Source of the DNA: an uncultured Methanosarcinaceae archaeon
Lineage (GTDB): Archaea > Halobacteriota > Methanosarcinia > Methanosarcinales > Methanosarcinaceae
DNA length: 64,000 bases
Assembly: GCA_963847185.1 (NCBI GenBank)
Contig: CAWJYV010000007.1
Span: 879,853-943,852, forward strand
Direction: 5' to 3'
The notes under the pieces are model-generated. The model saw nothing but the letters and a program-made list of their open reading frames with translations, was not told where the DNA came from and searched no databases. A program made the translations under genes and the position numbers. Positions 32,778 through 43,209 of the stretch are shown here, piece after piece (the stretch's first letter is position 1; each line of letters opens with the position of its first letter).

Positions 32778-34589
32778 TTACATTTCAAACCTTGTCATAA
32801 CTCCGTGAAGCTCTTCAGGAGGGAGCCTGTAGAACTGGACAAAAGATGGCGACAGTTTCTTAATTACAGAAAATACTTTCCACACTAAGTTATTGGTAAA
32901 TATATCTTCTATTCCGTAAAAGATTGTTTTCTCAGAAATTCCATTCTCTTTCAAAATTTTTTCAACATCGACAATTTCCATATAGCCCATCTTTATTTCA
33001 AATAAACTCAATCCTTTTGCCAGTTCCTTTGTGAACGAGCTTTCCACTCCAAATGGGCTGTCAGATTTGATGATTGAAATGAAAATATTGTTTTCATAAA
33101 TAATATTATTCTTAAACATTACGTGGGAAATGTATTGGGGAATTCTATCTATGTCTCGTGCAAAGAAAAGGGCAGTTCCACTGATTTTATTTTCAGTGGC
33201 ATATAAACGGTTATATTTTTCAAGGAAATTTTCAGTTCTCATGCGCCTCATCAACTCATAGAGCCTCTCTTGTCCGGCAGTAAATATCACAATAAGAGAA
33301 AAGATAACAGCTGCTATGATAATGGACCAATAACCTCCGTGAGGTATTTTGTAAGTGTTTGAAAGAAGGAATACTAGATCTATAACTGTTATACCTGCAG
33401 CAATAAGGGCCTTTGATGTCTGTTTCCTGTGGTAAAATATTGACGTCATCATTATGCCCGTAATCGACATGGTTCCTGTAACCGCCAATCCATATGCAGC
33501 TGCAAGGTTTTTGGATTCTCTAAAGGTTAGCATCATAAATAGTACAGCTATCAGAAGGGCCCAATTTACTGTACTTATATATATCTGTGATTTTAGTATG
33601 CCGGATGTATAATCGATTTTTAACATTGGCATTATTCGGGTAGTTATTCCCTGATATACTATTGAGAACATCCCGCTTATCATAGCCTGCGAAGCTATAA
33701 TCGTAGCTATGATACTCAGGATAAGGAATGGAATATATATCAGATGTGCCTGCTGGTTTACCATTTCGAATAATATATTTCTGGAATGGGGATTTCGGAT
33801 AATAAAGGCTCCCTGTCCTAGATAATTTAAAACAAGTGCTACGAAAACAAATCTCCATGCTTTCAAAATAGGCTCTCTTCCCAGATGTCCCATATCTGCA
33901 TATAGTGCCTCCCCTCCCGTAGCACATAGAATAACTTCGGATAGGACAAAAAATCCTATAATCCCGTTATCGAGAAGGAATCTTATAGCATAATAAGGAT
34001 TAATCGCTTTAAGCACGTCTGGTGTATAAAAAATTGAAACAATACCTGAAAATGAGATAGATACGAACCATAAGATCATTATAGGTCCAAATATCCATGT
34101 GATTTTTTCTATTCCCTTGCTCTGAATTGAAAAAAGTGCTATTGCAATTGCACCGGCAATAAGAATAATGATGCCTTGTCCTATGTCTTTGAATTCAGGA
34201 ATTATCTTCAGTCCTTCTACAGCGCTCAATATACTTATGGCTGGCGTAATTACTCCGTCTCCCATAAGGAAAGATGTACCTATATAGGCTAATAATGTAA
34301 CAAAAGTTACGTTTCTACCCGATTTGAGAAGCGGGACAAGTAACTCTTTTAAGACAATAGTTCCTCCTTCACCTTTTTTACCAAGACTCATGGCAAGCCA
34401 GGCGTATTCCATAGTTACAAGTATGATCAATGTCCATATAATTAAAGATAAAACTCCTATTACATGATCCTCTGTGGGTCTTGTGAGGAGAAATATAACT
34501 GTTAAAGTGTAAATTGGGCTTGTTCCAATATCTCCAAAAACGAGCCCCAAAGAATTTACAATTCCCCTTAATTCAGCTTTGGAATACAT
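32778..34589 (-). CDS. kup: KUP/HAK/KT potassium transporter
   Basis: GLVFGDIGTSPIY, GEGG, GDGVITPAISILSAVEG, TGGEALYADMGH, AAAYGLAVTG; AGGTGA RBS. Confidence 0.97.
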   Translation of the reverse strand: MYSKAELRGIVNSLGLVFGDIGTSPIYTLTVIFLLTRPTEDHVIGVLSLIIWTLIILVTMEYAWLAMSLGKKGEGGTIVLKELLVPLLKSGRNVTFVTLLAYIGTSFLMGDGVITPAISILSAVEGLKIIPEFKDIGQGIIILIAGAIAIALFSIQSKGIEKITWIFGPIMILWFVSISFSGIVSIFYTPDVLKAINPYYAIRFLLDNGIIGFFVLSEVILCATGGEALYADMGHLGREPILKAWRFVFVALVLNYLGQGAFIIRNPHSRNILFEMVNQQAHLIYIPFLILSIIATIIASQAMISGMFSIVYQGITTRIMPMLKIDYTSGILKSQIYISTVNWALLIAVLFMMLTFRESKNLAAAYGLAVTGTMSITGIMMTSIFYHRKQTSKALIAAGITVIDLVFLLSNTYKIPHGGYWSIIIAAVIFSLIVIFTAGQERLYELMRRMRTENFLEKYNRLYATENKISGTALFFARDIDRIPQYISHVMFKNNIIYENNIFISIIKSDSPFGVESSFTKELAKGLSLFEIKMGYMEIVDVEKILKENGISEKTIFYGIEDIFTNNLVWKVFSVIKKLSPSFVQFYRLPPEELHGVMTRFEM

Positions 34590-35087
34590 TAATATCACCT
34601 ATTTATTTCAGGAATCTATGGGCAAAAATAAAATATGAGATAAGAAGTTCTAGGAATTTAATTCCATCGTGATAAACCCTCATTTTTTCTATCCGAAATG
34701 GGTGAAAAGGAAATTGGATTTTGCTAATTGCCGACTTCTGACTTTCCGTTTTCACAAATCTTCCTTCTCTATTTCTTAATTCTCAACTTTAGTTCCAGAC
34801 AACCAGTGTAATCTTTTCAATAACAATAGATAATTGTGAAAATTACGTTTTCATATATAAATATCTTGAGCCATGTACATAGAAATCACTAGACCTGTCA
34901 TTAAGATAATTTGCTGATACATAATTATATAAAAATTTTAATTTTCCGGATTAAGAAGTTCTGATACAGCTTGTAAATAAAATGTTTTCTTCAGACGTAC
35001 CCTCTATACTTACTTTACATATAATAATTATTTTGATAGCGAACAGCAAATTTTCAGCCTCAAATAGGAGAATGTAAAAGCAGAAAG

Positions 35088-36599
35088 ATGCAAAATGTAG
35101 ATAACAAGTTTAAACGTTTGAAAACGGCGGGAAAAATGAGTAGAAATGATACAGAGTCAAGCGGAGAAGTTAAAAATCATAATGTAAACTCGGAGACGAA
35201 AAATACAGAACCTCTGGCTTCTCAGAAAGCAACCGAAGGAGTTGACATTCTCCTCGGAGACCCTAAAAAAGCTGTTGTCAAACTTTCTATTCCTCTCATA
35301 GTTGCAATGTCCGTGCAGACGATCTACAGCCTGACTGACACCTTCTGGGTTGCAGGCCTCGGTGCAGACGCTCTTGCCGCCATGGGTTTTGCTTTCCCAT
35401 TTTTCCTTATTCAGATGTCACTTACAGGCGGCCTTGGAATTGGAGGAGGAGCTGCGATTTCCAGGCGTATAGGGGCCAGGGATAAGGCGGGAGTGGATAA
35501 CGTTGCAGCGCACACCTTTGTGATTATGCTTATCTTAACAGTTGTCCTTACGGCTCTCGGACTTGGCTTAGTAAAAGACCTTTTTATATACAGCGGAGCA
35601 GGAAATACGACAGAGCTAGGGGTCTCATATTCCAGGGTTATCTTTGCAGGCAGTTTTGTTTTTTTCTTTACGAACGTTTCAAATTCCATCCTTAGAAGTG
35701 AAGGGGACTCTAAGAGGGCTATGCAGTCCATGATCCTGGGCTCCATCCTGAATGTAGTGCTTGACCCTATTTTCATATATCCCCTGGGGTTAGGAGTAGC
35801 AGGAGCGGCCCTGGCAACAGTAATATCTTACGCAGTTTCGGGGCTGTTGATGTTTTACTGGCTTTTTATCAAGAAAGATACCTATATATCTATCAGATTT
35901 CGTTCTTTCAAATTTGACAGAGCAATTGTCAGTGATATCTTCAAAGTCGGTATACCTTCATCAATTGAACAGGTTGCCCTGGCAATGACTGCTCTTCTCA
36001 TGAACCTTATCATTGTGAATGTCAGCAACACCGATGGAGTTGCAATCTATGCTACAGGCTGGAGAGTTGCAAGTATTGCAGTTACTCCTTTAATAGGAAT
36101 TTCAATCGCCTTAGTCTCGATTAGCGGGGCTGCCTTCGGGGAAAGGGATTTTAAAAAAGCACAGAATGCCCTTATTTATGCAATTAAGATTGGTTTTCTT
36201 GTCGAAGCCCTCATAGGTGTTATTGTATTCCTATTTGCTCCCGAAATTGCAGCTGTTTTTACCCAGGCAGAAACTACCGCCCGTATCGCTCCTGAACTGA
36301 CAAGGCTCCTGAGAATTATGACCGTCTTCTACCCGGCTGTTGCCTTTGGAATGCTCTCTGCCTCCCTTTTCCAGGGTGCAGGAAGAGGTACAAGTGCTCT
36401 TATTGCTACTCTCCTGAGAAGCCTAGTTCTAACCCCACTTTTTGCTGCGCTCCTTGCTTATGTATCCGGGTGGGGACTTTCAGGAGTCTGGTGGGGGCTG
36501 GTTGCGGGTACGGTAATAGGATCGGTGATTACTTTCCTGTGGGTACGGATCTATTTGAGATGTATGATTAGGGTTGGGGAAAAGAGAAGAAAGTGCTGA
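35088..36599 (+). CDS. MATE-family efflux transporter (paralog of 26007-27443)
   Basis: LGDPKKAVVKLSIP, LRSEGDSKRAM, LNVVLDPIFIY; start may be 35136. Confidence 0.95.
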   Translation: MQNVDNKFKRLKTAGKMSRNDTESSGEVKNHNVNSETKNTEPLASQKATEGVDILLGDPKKAVVKLSIPLIVAMSVQTIYSLTDTFWVAGLGADALAAMGFAFPFFLIQMSLTGGLGIGGGAAISRRIGARDKAGVDNVAAHTFVIMLILTVVLTALGLGLVKDLFIYSGAGNTTELGVSYSRVIFAGSFVFFFTNVSNSILRSEGDSKRAMQSMILGSILNVVLDPIFIYPLGLGVAGAALATVISYAVSGLLMFYWLFIKKDTYISIRFRSFKFDRAIVSDIFKVGIPSSIEQVALAMTALLMNLIIVNVSNTDGVAIYATGWRVASIAVTPLIGISIALVSISGAAFGERDFKKAQNALIYAIKIGFLVEALIGVIVFLFAPEIAAVFTQAETTARIAPELTRLLRIMTVFYPAVAFGMLSASLFQGAGRGTSALIATLLRSLVLTPLFAALLAYVSGWGLSGVWWGLVAGTVIGSVITFLWVRIYLRCMIRVGEKRRKC

Positions 36600-36932
36600 A
36601 ATAAGAACACTATTCAGACTCCTATGTACGAATAACTTCTTCAGGTTTTTCCGTTTTCACGGATTCTTAATTTATAATTTTTATAATATGCAGAATATGA
36701 CCTTTATTATTTCATTCAGTATCGTTTTTCAGAACTCTTGTTTCCAAAATTATATCCTTTTTTAAACTCATTTTTGTAATAAAACACCGAAGGTATAGGT
36801 TCATTAATTCTTAAATAGGAATCACTTTTTTATGGCATTTTTTGATAATGAAGTTCAAAAATGAATTTTGTTCAACTTTCTATCAAAGCTTTTGCTTAAA
36901 AATTCAAAATAAATAAGAGTCAAGGTTATAGT

Positions 36933-37679
36933 ATGAGAGTCTCTAAAATTTGTATTCAGTCGCTCCTGCTAATTCCTCTGGTTCTTCTACTTTTTAGCGT
37001 ATCAGTTTACTCTTAGCAGGAAGATCAGATACGAAAAGAAGAACAGAAAGAAGATTGTTCACAACCACAGGTACATTCAGAGTTTTCAGCTCAGAAAAAT
37101 TCTGTTGCTTTAAAGGTTCGAGAAGCAGCAAACCTTGTGGGAGAAAGAGGAGAAGAAGCTTTTCCTGAATTCAGGAAGAAAGGTGGCAAATGGATTTATG
37201 ATGATTTCTACATCTATGTCTGGAAAATTAATGGAGGGAGGGCTCTTAGGGTTGTTTATCCTCCTGATCTAAAAGGGGAGGGGCAGGATGTAACTGAGCT
37301 TACAGATTTTAATGACAAGCCTATTGGAAAACTTTTCATTGGTGTAGCTCTCAGTGAAAGCGGAGAAGGATGGATATCTTATGAATGGCCAAAAATTGGA
37401 GATACAGAACCTTCCACTAAGCATGGTTTCATAAAAAGAGCTACTTTTGAGGGGGAAACTTATCTTTTGGGTTCGGGCTTTTATGTGTATGATTATCTCT
37501 TTAAAAGGGATACAGATAATTGCAAATATGTCAATGCAACACGTACTTCTCTATGTTAACTGATGCACCCGCAAAAGATGAAAATAGAACATGAAATCAA
37601 TTACAGCATTGCATATGTGGTTTTGGATTCAGATGAAAAAAGCCTTCCACACAGACTTTAAAATCCAGTAACCCATTAG
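36933..37679 (+). pseudogene. signal peptide + single Cache domain + partial cupin, with in-frame stops
   Basis: One frame from ATG 36933: MRVSKICIQSLLLIPLVLLLFSVSVYS[TAG 37014]QEDQ...FYIYVW...GEGWISYEWPK...LLGSGFY...SLC[TAA 37557]LMHP...YSIAYVVL...SLPHRL[TAA 37659]. Confidence 0.78.
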
Positions 37680-38077
37680 TCCTGAAGGTACATTTTTTCT
37701 GATGTGGTAAGCCAATTTTTTCGAATTTATTGATATTTTTAAACAAATTAATTATATAAAAACAGATTAATATCGAACATATTATATATTGTGATCTTGA
37801 TATCTAACTTGAAGTTTCTTGATTTATAATATCCAGAAGGAGCTGTATAAACTAATTAATTATTCCGGCTGGAAGACTAAAATTATATGATAATTACCTT
37901 AAAGTCCATTTTTGAAAAATCGTAGTACTTTTTGAACTTTGAATCGAAAAAATCCATTAAAAGACTTTCAATTACAGATCCTGATCAAAAGAAAACGATA
38001 CCTTGAAAAATTATATTGAGAGTTTATATCTTTGAAAATTAACAAAAATGGCTGATTGAGATTTCGAGAGGGGAATT

Positions 38078-38503
38078 ATGGCGTCAGAAAAAACAGAGGA
38101 AGTTGTGTGTCCAAATCCGGAATGTGCTTATTATCTTAAGGTTGAAGGAAAAGCCGTTATAAAACGCGGTAAGTATAGAACTGGACATCAGAGATACTAT
38201 TGTAAGCACTGCAGTAAGTTCTTCATGGATACTATAGGTACATCTGTTTATCGCAAACATCTGCCTAAAGATGAAATAAGATTAATATATCGGCTTTTTC
38301 TTGAAAAAAATGGGATAAGGAGTATTGAAAGGATAACAGGACACCACAGGGATACAGTAAGCAACCTCTTAAAAAGTACGCTAAGAAATGAAAAAACAGA
38401 GGACTATCTGGTAAACAAGATTGGGTTAACAGCCAGCGAATGTGATAAGCTCTGGAAACTTTTAGAACTGAAGAGGAATAACTCCCAAAATTCTCCTAAA
38501 TGA
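38078..38503 (+). CDS. stand-alone IS1 InsA-like protein (Zn ribbon + HTH), no transposase catalytic domain
   Basis: CPNPEC...GHQRYYCKHC Zn ribbon; EKNGIRSIERITGHHRDTV HTH; GAGGGG RBS; no InsB-like ORF or TIRs seen. Confidence 0.82.
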   Translation: MASEKTEEVVCPNPECAYYLKVEGKAVIKRGKYRTGHQRYYCKHCSKFFMDTIGTSVYRKHLPKDEIRLIYRLFLEKNGIRSIERITGHHRDTVSNLLKSTLRNEKTEDYLVNKIGLTASECDKLWKLLELKRNNSQNSPK

Positions 38504-38822
38504 CAAATTCTAAAATTCCTCTATTCAGAAGTTTCTGGGCAATACTCGTTAAATTGAATGACTTGGGCGTTAACTTCTCGTTTTCGATAGGAACTTCTTA
38601 TATGCATAGTTCTTAAGATGAATGATTTTGTGGTTACAGACATATCTACAAAACTGTTATAAGAATATAAAAAATACATAATGTATCCTCAATCCTTACT
38701 CTTTTTCTAAATCATAAATTATAAATACAATCTATCTCTTTTTTGTTAGAAATCAAACAATACGTAAATAAACTATATTCAATACAATAAGGATTCTGAC
38801 GATGTAGATACAAATAAGTTAG

Positions 38823-38838
38823 GTTCAAAAAATTGAAC
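38823..38838. promoter_or_regulatory. candidate MarR operator
   Basis: GTTCAA-AAAA-TTGAAC palindrome ~80 bp upstream of the MarR gene. Confidence 0.45.
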
Positions 38839-38919
38839 TCAGTCATCTCATCTCGTGAATAGAGCTTAACCTCATTGTCCGAATCCGAATAAGATCAAAT
38901 TATTTCACTGTGGTAATCA

Positions 38920-39378
38920 ATGAAAGAAGAAAGAATAAAGGAAACTGTAAAACTCCAATTTGAAATGATCCACCTCTTCCATAAAAATTTTGCTAAAGTT
39001 TTTCATCAAATAGGAAGCAGTCCATATAATCTGAACAAAAATCAGAATAAAGCTATTATGATTATTGGAGCTTCAGACAATATCATGCCTACAACTCTGG
39101 GCAAATGTCTCGACCTTCAGAAGGGAAGCCTGACAAGCATGATAGATGCCCTGGAAAAAGAAGAACTTGTCCGCAGGAGAGGCGACCCTCAAGACCGCAG
39201 AAAAATACTGATTTCCCTTACCGATAAAGGGATAGAGTACAGAAGGTGGTTTATAGGCGAAGTAGAAAAAAACGCATCAGAAATTTTCAATAAGCTGGAA
39301 GAAGCAGATATTGTCACATATCAGGAAAGCCTGAGAACATTGCTTGGGATGCTAAAGAAACTTGACGAAACAGTTTAA
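38920..39378 (+). CDS. MarR-family transcriptional regulator
   Basis: KGSLTSMIDALEKEELVRR...DRRKILISLTDKG. Confidence 0.94.
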   Translation: MKEERIKETVKLQFEMIHLFHKNFAKVFHQIGSSPYNLNKNQNKAIMIIGASDNIMPTTLGKCLDLQKGSLTSMIDALEKEELVRRRGDPQDRRKILISLTDKGIEYRRWFIGEVEKNASEIFNKLEEADIVTYQESLRTLLGMLKKLDETV

Positions 39379-39420
39379 ATGAATAATCGAAAAAGGATAT
39401 AATGGTACCGGAGGCGTGCA

Positions 39421-39768
39421 ATGAATTCTGAACTCATAGGCAGACTCAAGAGTCTGGGATTCACGAAAAACGAGGCAAAAATTTACGTTGGATTACTCAG
39501 CTTGAATGAAGCGACAGCAAGGCAAATTCATGAATATACTCTTGTTCCGAGACCAAAAATTTATTCTGTACTGGGCAGAATGGAAAAAAAAGGATATGTG
39601 GAATCCAGAGGAGGGACTCCCGCTTATTTTAGAAGTGTCGTTCCTGAGAGACTGGCTGAGAGACTTAAAGATGAATTTTTACATTCCCTGAACGAAACAT
39701 TAAAGGAACTTAGTTCTGCAGCAAAAGAGATTAAAAACCGATATTGTAATGAGAGGCCTTCAATTTAA
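39421..39768 (+). CDS. short TrmB-like wHTH regulator (DNA-binding domain only)
   Basis: LGFTKNEAKIYVGLL, VPRPKIYSVLGRMEKKGYV, TPAYFRSVVPE; GGAGG RBS. Confidence 0.9.
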   Translation: MNSELIGRLKSLGFTKNEAKIYVGLLSLNEATARQIHEYTLVPRPKIYSVLGRMEKKGYVESRGGTPAYFRSVVPERLAERLKDEFLHSLNETLKELSSAAKEIKNRYCNERPSI

Positions 39769-39941
39769 AATGTTCCTTTTTTCCTTTGTTCCTGGGCGTA
39801 TTCTATATCTTTTTTCCGCAGTTTTCTTTTGTACCCCTGGATATCCTTTCCCATGAGCCTATCCTTCTTCATGGGACGAAAAAAAATAATTATTATTTAT
39901 AAGGTGGAATATTGAGGACGGCTGTTTGAGTCAAGAGTTTT

Positions 39942-40028
39942 TATTCATCTGAGTTTAGCATTTCTATTCATCTGAGTTTAGCATTTCTATTCATCTGAGT
40001 TTAGCATTTCTATTCTTCTGAGGTTAGT
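39942..40028. repeat. 23-bp tandem repeat, 3 perfect copies plus a degenerate partial
   Basis: (TATTCATCTGAGTTTAGCATTTC)x3 followed by TATTCTTCTGAGGTTAG. Confidence 0.95.
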
Positions 40029-40126
40029 GTTATTATTTAGTTTTTTGAGATATCTATATATACATGAAATAGGTAATAAGCTACCGTATGCCGGCTCAAT
40101 ACGAGCATTTAATAGGTGAGTCTGAA

Positions 40127-40267
40127 ATGAATGAAAAAGTTCCACAAAAGCGCTTGAAACCAGTTCTACATGGATTCCTCTTGAGAGAGCCAAGGATCGT
40201 TCCTTCCTCAAAAATAAAGATCATGAAACTTTTTGGAACTCTTTCCACAAAAAAACCCGAAGCCTGA
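40127..40267 (+). CDS. candidate small basic protein (46 aa), below the ORF-track cutoff
   Basis: AGGTGA RBS 7 nt before ATG; MNEKVPQKRLKPVLHGFLLREPRIVPSSKIKIMKLFGTLSTKKPEA; TATATATA upstream at ~40055. Confidence 0.4.
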   Translation: MNEKVPQKRLKPVLHGFLLREPRIVPSSKIKIMKLFGTLSTKKPEA

Positions 40268-40704
40268 AAATGAAAGAATAATAGAGGGGGGTTCAACTAC
40301 CGAGTTTCTCAAGTGACCATCTATCGATAATTGTGTCACCGGATATCTAGATGAGTTTCAATGATACAAAACCTCTAAAGCCATAGCTTCAAGACTACAA
40401 TATCCTGCTTACCTGTTTAAACTAGAAAAGCCCTAGTATCCAAAATACACTTGTGACACCAATTAGATAGAACCAGAACTAGGTATAAGAAATATCAACA
40501 AAAGGAGAAAAGGTAAACTAGAATCCATCCCGAGCAGGTAAGAAAAACAAGGCCTGGACTCAGGTAAAGAACTGGATAGTATCAATCCGGATAATATCAA
40601 TCCATCTTTACCTGTAATCCAGCAATCTATCTTGTCATTCTTATCCCGAGTTTGGGGATTTTTGATTGACTCTAGTTGTAGATAACTATATATATAAAAA
40701 ACAA

Positions 40705-40980
40705 TCGTTTTTATCCTTTCCTTAATCATTTTTGTTCTTTTTCTTTTTTCCTCACTTATTCTCATTCTTATTCTCTGTTTCCCATTTATTCTCATTCTTT
40801 TTCTCGTTTCCCGATCATTTAATCCTTTTCTCCGTTTTTCTTCCTTTTTTCAGATATTATCTCGTTTCCTGGCTTTTGATCCTTTTCTCTTTTTTCCTAG
40901 CTTCTTTTTATCTATTTTCTCTTTTTCTGGTTCTTTTTATCCTTTTCTCTTTTTCACTCTTTTTTGTCTTTTTCTTCTGA
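40705..40980. repeat. low-complexity pyrimidine-rich (T/C) tract
   Basis: About 275 bp dominated by T and C on the + strand, with recurring ATCCTTTTCTCTTTTT-like units. Confidence 0.8.
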
Positions 40981-41067
40981 ATACCTATTTATCAAATACT
41001 TTAAGAAAACCTGTATTCAACAATAAAAGTGATAAAAACAAATTACAAGATGATACAGTTCAGGAGA

Positions 41068-41469
41068 ATGAGTTTGAAACTTCAAATTGAAACTGCTAAA
41101 CGTATTGAATTGATAGATATCACTTCAGAGGTTCAGAACGAAGTAATGAAAAGAGGAATTTCCGAAGGAATATGTATCATTAGTACAAGGCATACTACTG
41201 CGGGCATCATTGTTAACGAAAACGAAAGTGGGCTAAAAGAGGATACCCTTAACCTTTTACAGAAACTTGTACCTACGGGCGCAGGATATAAACATGACCG
41301 CATAGATAACAATGCTGATGCCCACCTTAGAGCAGTACTTCTGGGAGCAAGTGAGGTTCTTCCCGTATCTGAAGGAAAACTGGATCTTGGGACCTGGCAG
41401 AGAGTTTTTTTTGCCGAAATGGATGGGCCGAGAGGCAGAACAGTAGATATTACCGTTTTAATGATTTAA
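41068..41469 (+). CDS. yjbQ: YjbQ/UPF0047 family (secondary thiamine-phosphate synthase)
   Basis: HTTAGIIVNENE, HDRIDNNADAHL, LGTWQRVFFAEMDGPR; start uncertain (41029-41068). Confidence 0.93.
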   Translation: MSLKLQIETAKRIELIDITSEVQNEVMKRGISEGICIISTRHTTAGIIVNENESGLKEDTLNLLQKLVPTGAGYKHDRIDNNADAHLRAVLLGASEVLPVSEGKLDLGTWQRVFFAEMDGPRGRTVDITVLMI

Positions 41470-41558
41470 TTATAACAGTGAGAATGAAAAAATCCCAGGC
41501 AATAAGAAAAAGATTAAAAGAAAAAAGTTCCTTGCAGTTTGCCTTGAGAAAGCAACAC

Positions 41559-42989
41559 TCAGGAACTTATAGGGTTATTAAAATCATCCAGACGAGTTTG
41601 CTTTTTTCTGCAGTTTTCCCCAGGGATTTCTACAGGGTACTCCCCAGTAAGGCAACCAATACACATGTTACTTTTATCGCACTCTAAAGCCTGCATAAGC
41701 CCGTCAATACTGAGATATCCTAAGGAATCAGCATTAATGAGGCCTTCTACCTCTTTTACGGTCTTGTAGGAGGCTATAAGTTCCTGTCTGGTAGCCATGT
41801 CAATTCCCAGGTAGCAGGGGGCAATAATTGCAGGACTTCCTACTCTGGCATGAATCTCGGAGGCACCTGCCCGTCTAACCATGTCTATAATTCTTCTGGA
41901 AGTTGTACCTCGAACTATACTGTCGTCAACAAGGACTACACGCTTGCCTTTGATATTGTCCTGAATTGCGTTCATTTTGAGTCTTACTGCAGTTTCACGC
42001 ATTTCCTGGCCAGGGAGAATAAATGTACGTCCTATGTAGCGGTTTTTCATCAAACCTTCCAGATATTTGATTTCTGACTCCCGGGCATAGCCAATTGCTG
42101 AGGTAATCCCGGAGTCAGGCACAGGAGAAACGACATCTGCCTCAACATGGTGTTCTCTGGCGAGTTCCCGTCCTATATTTTCCCGCACTTTGTAGACCAG
42201 TTTCCCGTCAATAACAGAGTCAGGTCTTGCAAAGTAAATGAACTCAAAAACACAGTGTGCTGGATGAGGTTCATTTCCTATCTGGTGGCTCTCAAAAACT
42301 TTACCATCAAAGACAACTACCTCGCCTGGCTTGACATCTCTGATTAAGGTGCCGTTCAGGGTATCAAGGGCTACACTTTCCGAAACGACAGCATAACCTC
42401 CATCAACTTCTCCAAAACAGAGGGGTTTGAATCCAAAAGGATCTCTGACAGCATACAGAATTCCGTCTATATGGATAACCAGAGAATAAGAGCCAACAAG
42501 TTTTCGCATCACGTTCCTGATTGATTCCACAGGTTCGTGTTTTATAAGCTCTTTTACAAGGAGGTGACCAATGACTTCGGTGTCGGAATCACTTATAAAA
42601 ATTCGACCTTCGCACTCCAGCTCATCCTTGAGGGCTTTGGCATTCACCAGATTCCCATTATGGGCAATTGCAACTGTTCCTCCTTTAAAATTAAGGATAA
42701 AGGGCTGGCAGTTTTCGATCTTTGATCCGCCTGTAGTTGAGTAGCGAACGTGCCCTACCCCTGCATTTCCGATCAGGCGTCCCAGAGAATCTTTGTTGTA
42801 CACGTCAGGCACAAGCCCCATGCCTTTGATAGACTTAGGGGAAGTGCCGTCATATACCATTATGCCGGTGGACTCCTGTCCCCTGTGCTGAAGAGCATAA
42901 AGAGCATAATAAAGCTTGAATGCGACAGTATTGGATTGAGGCCTGTCGCCTGGAAGAATTATGCCTGCGACACCGCATTCTTCTTTCAA
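41559..42989 (-). CDS. purF: amidophosphoribosyltransferase
   Basis: Propeptide MKEE-CGV, LQHRGQES, GHVRYSTTG, HNGNL, PRPP motif VDDSIVRGTTS, Fe-S cysteines. Confidence 0.98.
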   Translation of the reverse strand: MKEECGVAGIILPGDRPQSNTVAFKLYYALYALQHRGQESTGIMVYDGTSPKSIKGMGLVPDVYNKDSLGRLIGNAGVGHVRYSTTGGSKIENCQPFILNFKGGTVAIAHNGNLVNAKALKDELECEGRIFISDSDTEVIGHLLVKELIKHEPVESIRNVMRKLVGSYSLVIHIDGILYAVRDPFGFKPLCFGEVDGGYAVVSESVALDTLNGTLIRDVKPGEVVVFDGKVFESHQIGNEPHPAHCVFEFIYFARPDSVIDGKLVYKVRENIGRELAREHHVEADVVSPVPDSGITSAIGYARESEIKYLEGLMKNRYIGRTFILPGQEMRETAVRLKMNAIQDNIKGKRVVLVDDSIVRGTTSRRIIDMVRRAGASEIHARVGSPAIIAPCYLGIDMATRQELIASYKTVKEVEGLINADSLGYLSIDGLMQALECDKSNMCIGCLTGEYPVEIPGENCRKKQTRLDDFNNPISS

Positions 42990-43038
42990 TTTTGACCTCC
43001 GGTGCAGGTAAAAAATAGAGAAAATGGAACAGACAAAT

Positions 43039-43209
<171 letters not shown>

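Noticed and set aside
34600-35087. Possible c-di-AMP or other riboswitch upstream of kup
   Set aside because: No recognisable aptamer consensus or GC-rich multi-stem structure.
39942-40028. 23-bp perfect repeats, considered as a mini-CRISPR
   Set aside because: No spacers; it is a simple tandem repeat.
40463-40980. ORFs 40463-40795 (-) and 40732-40980 (+)
   Set aside because: By-products of the pyrimidine-rich tract; low-complexity translations with no RBS or motifs.
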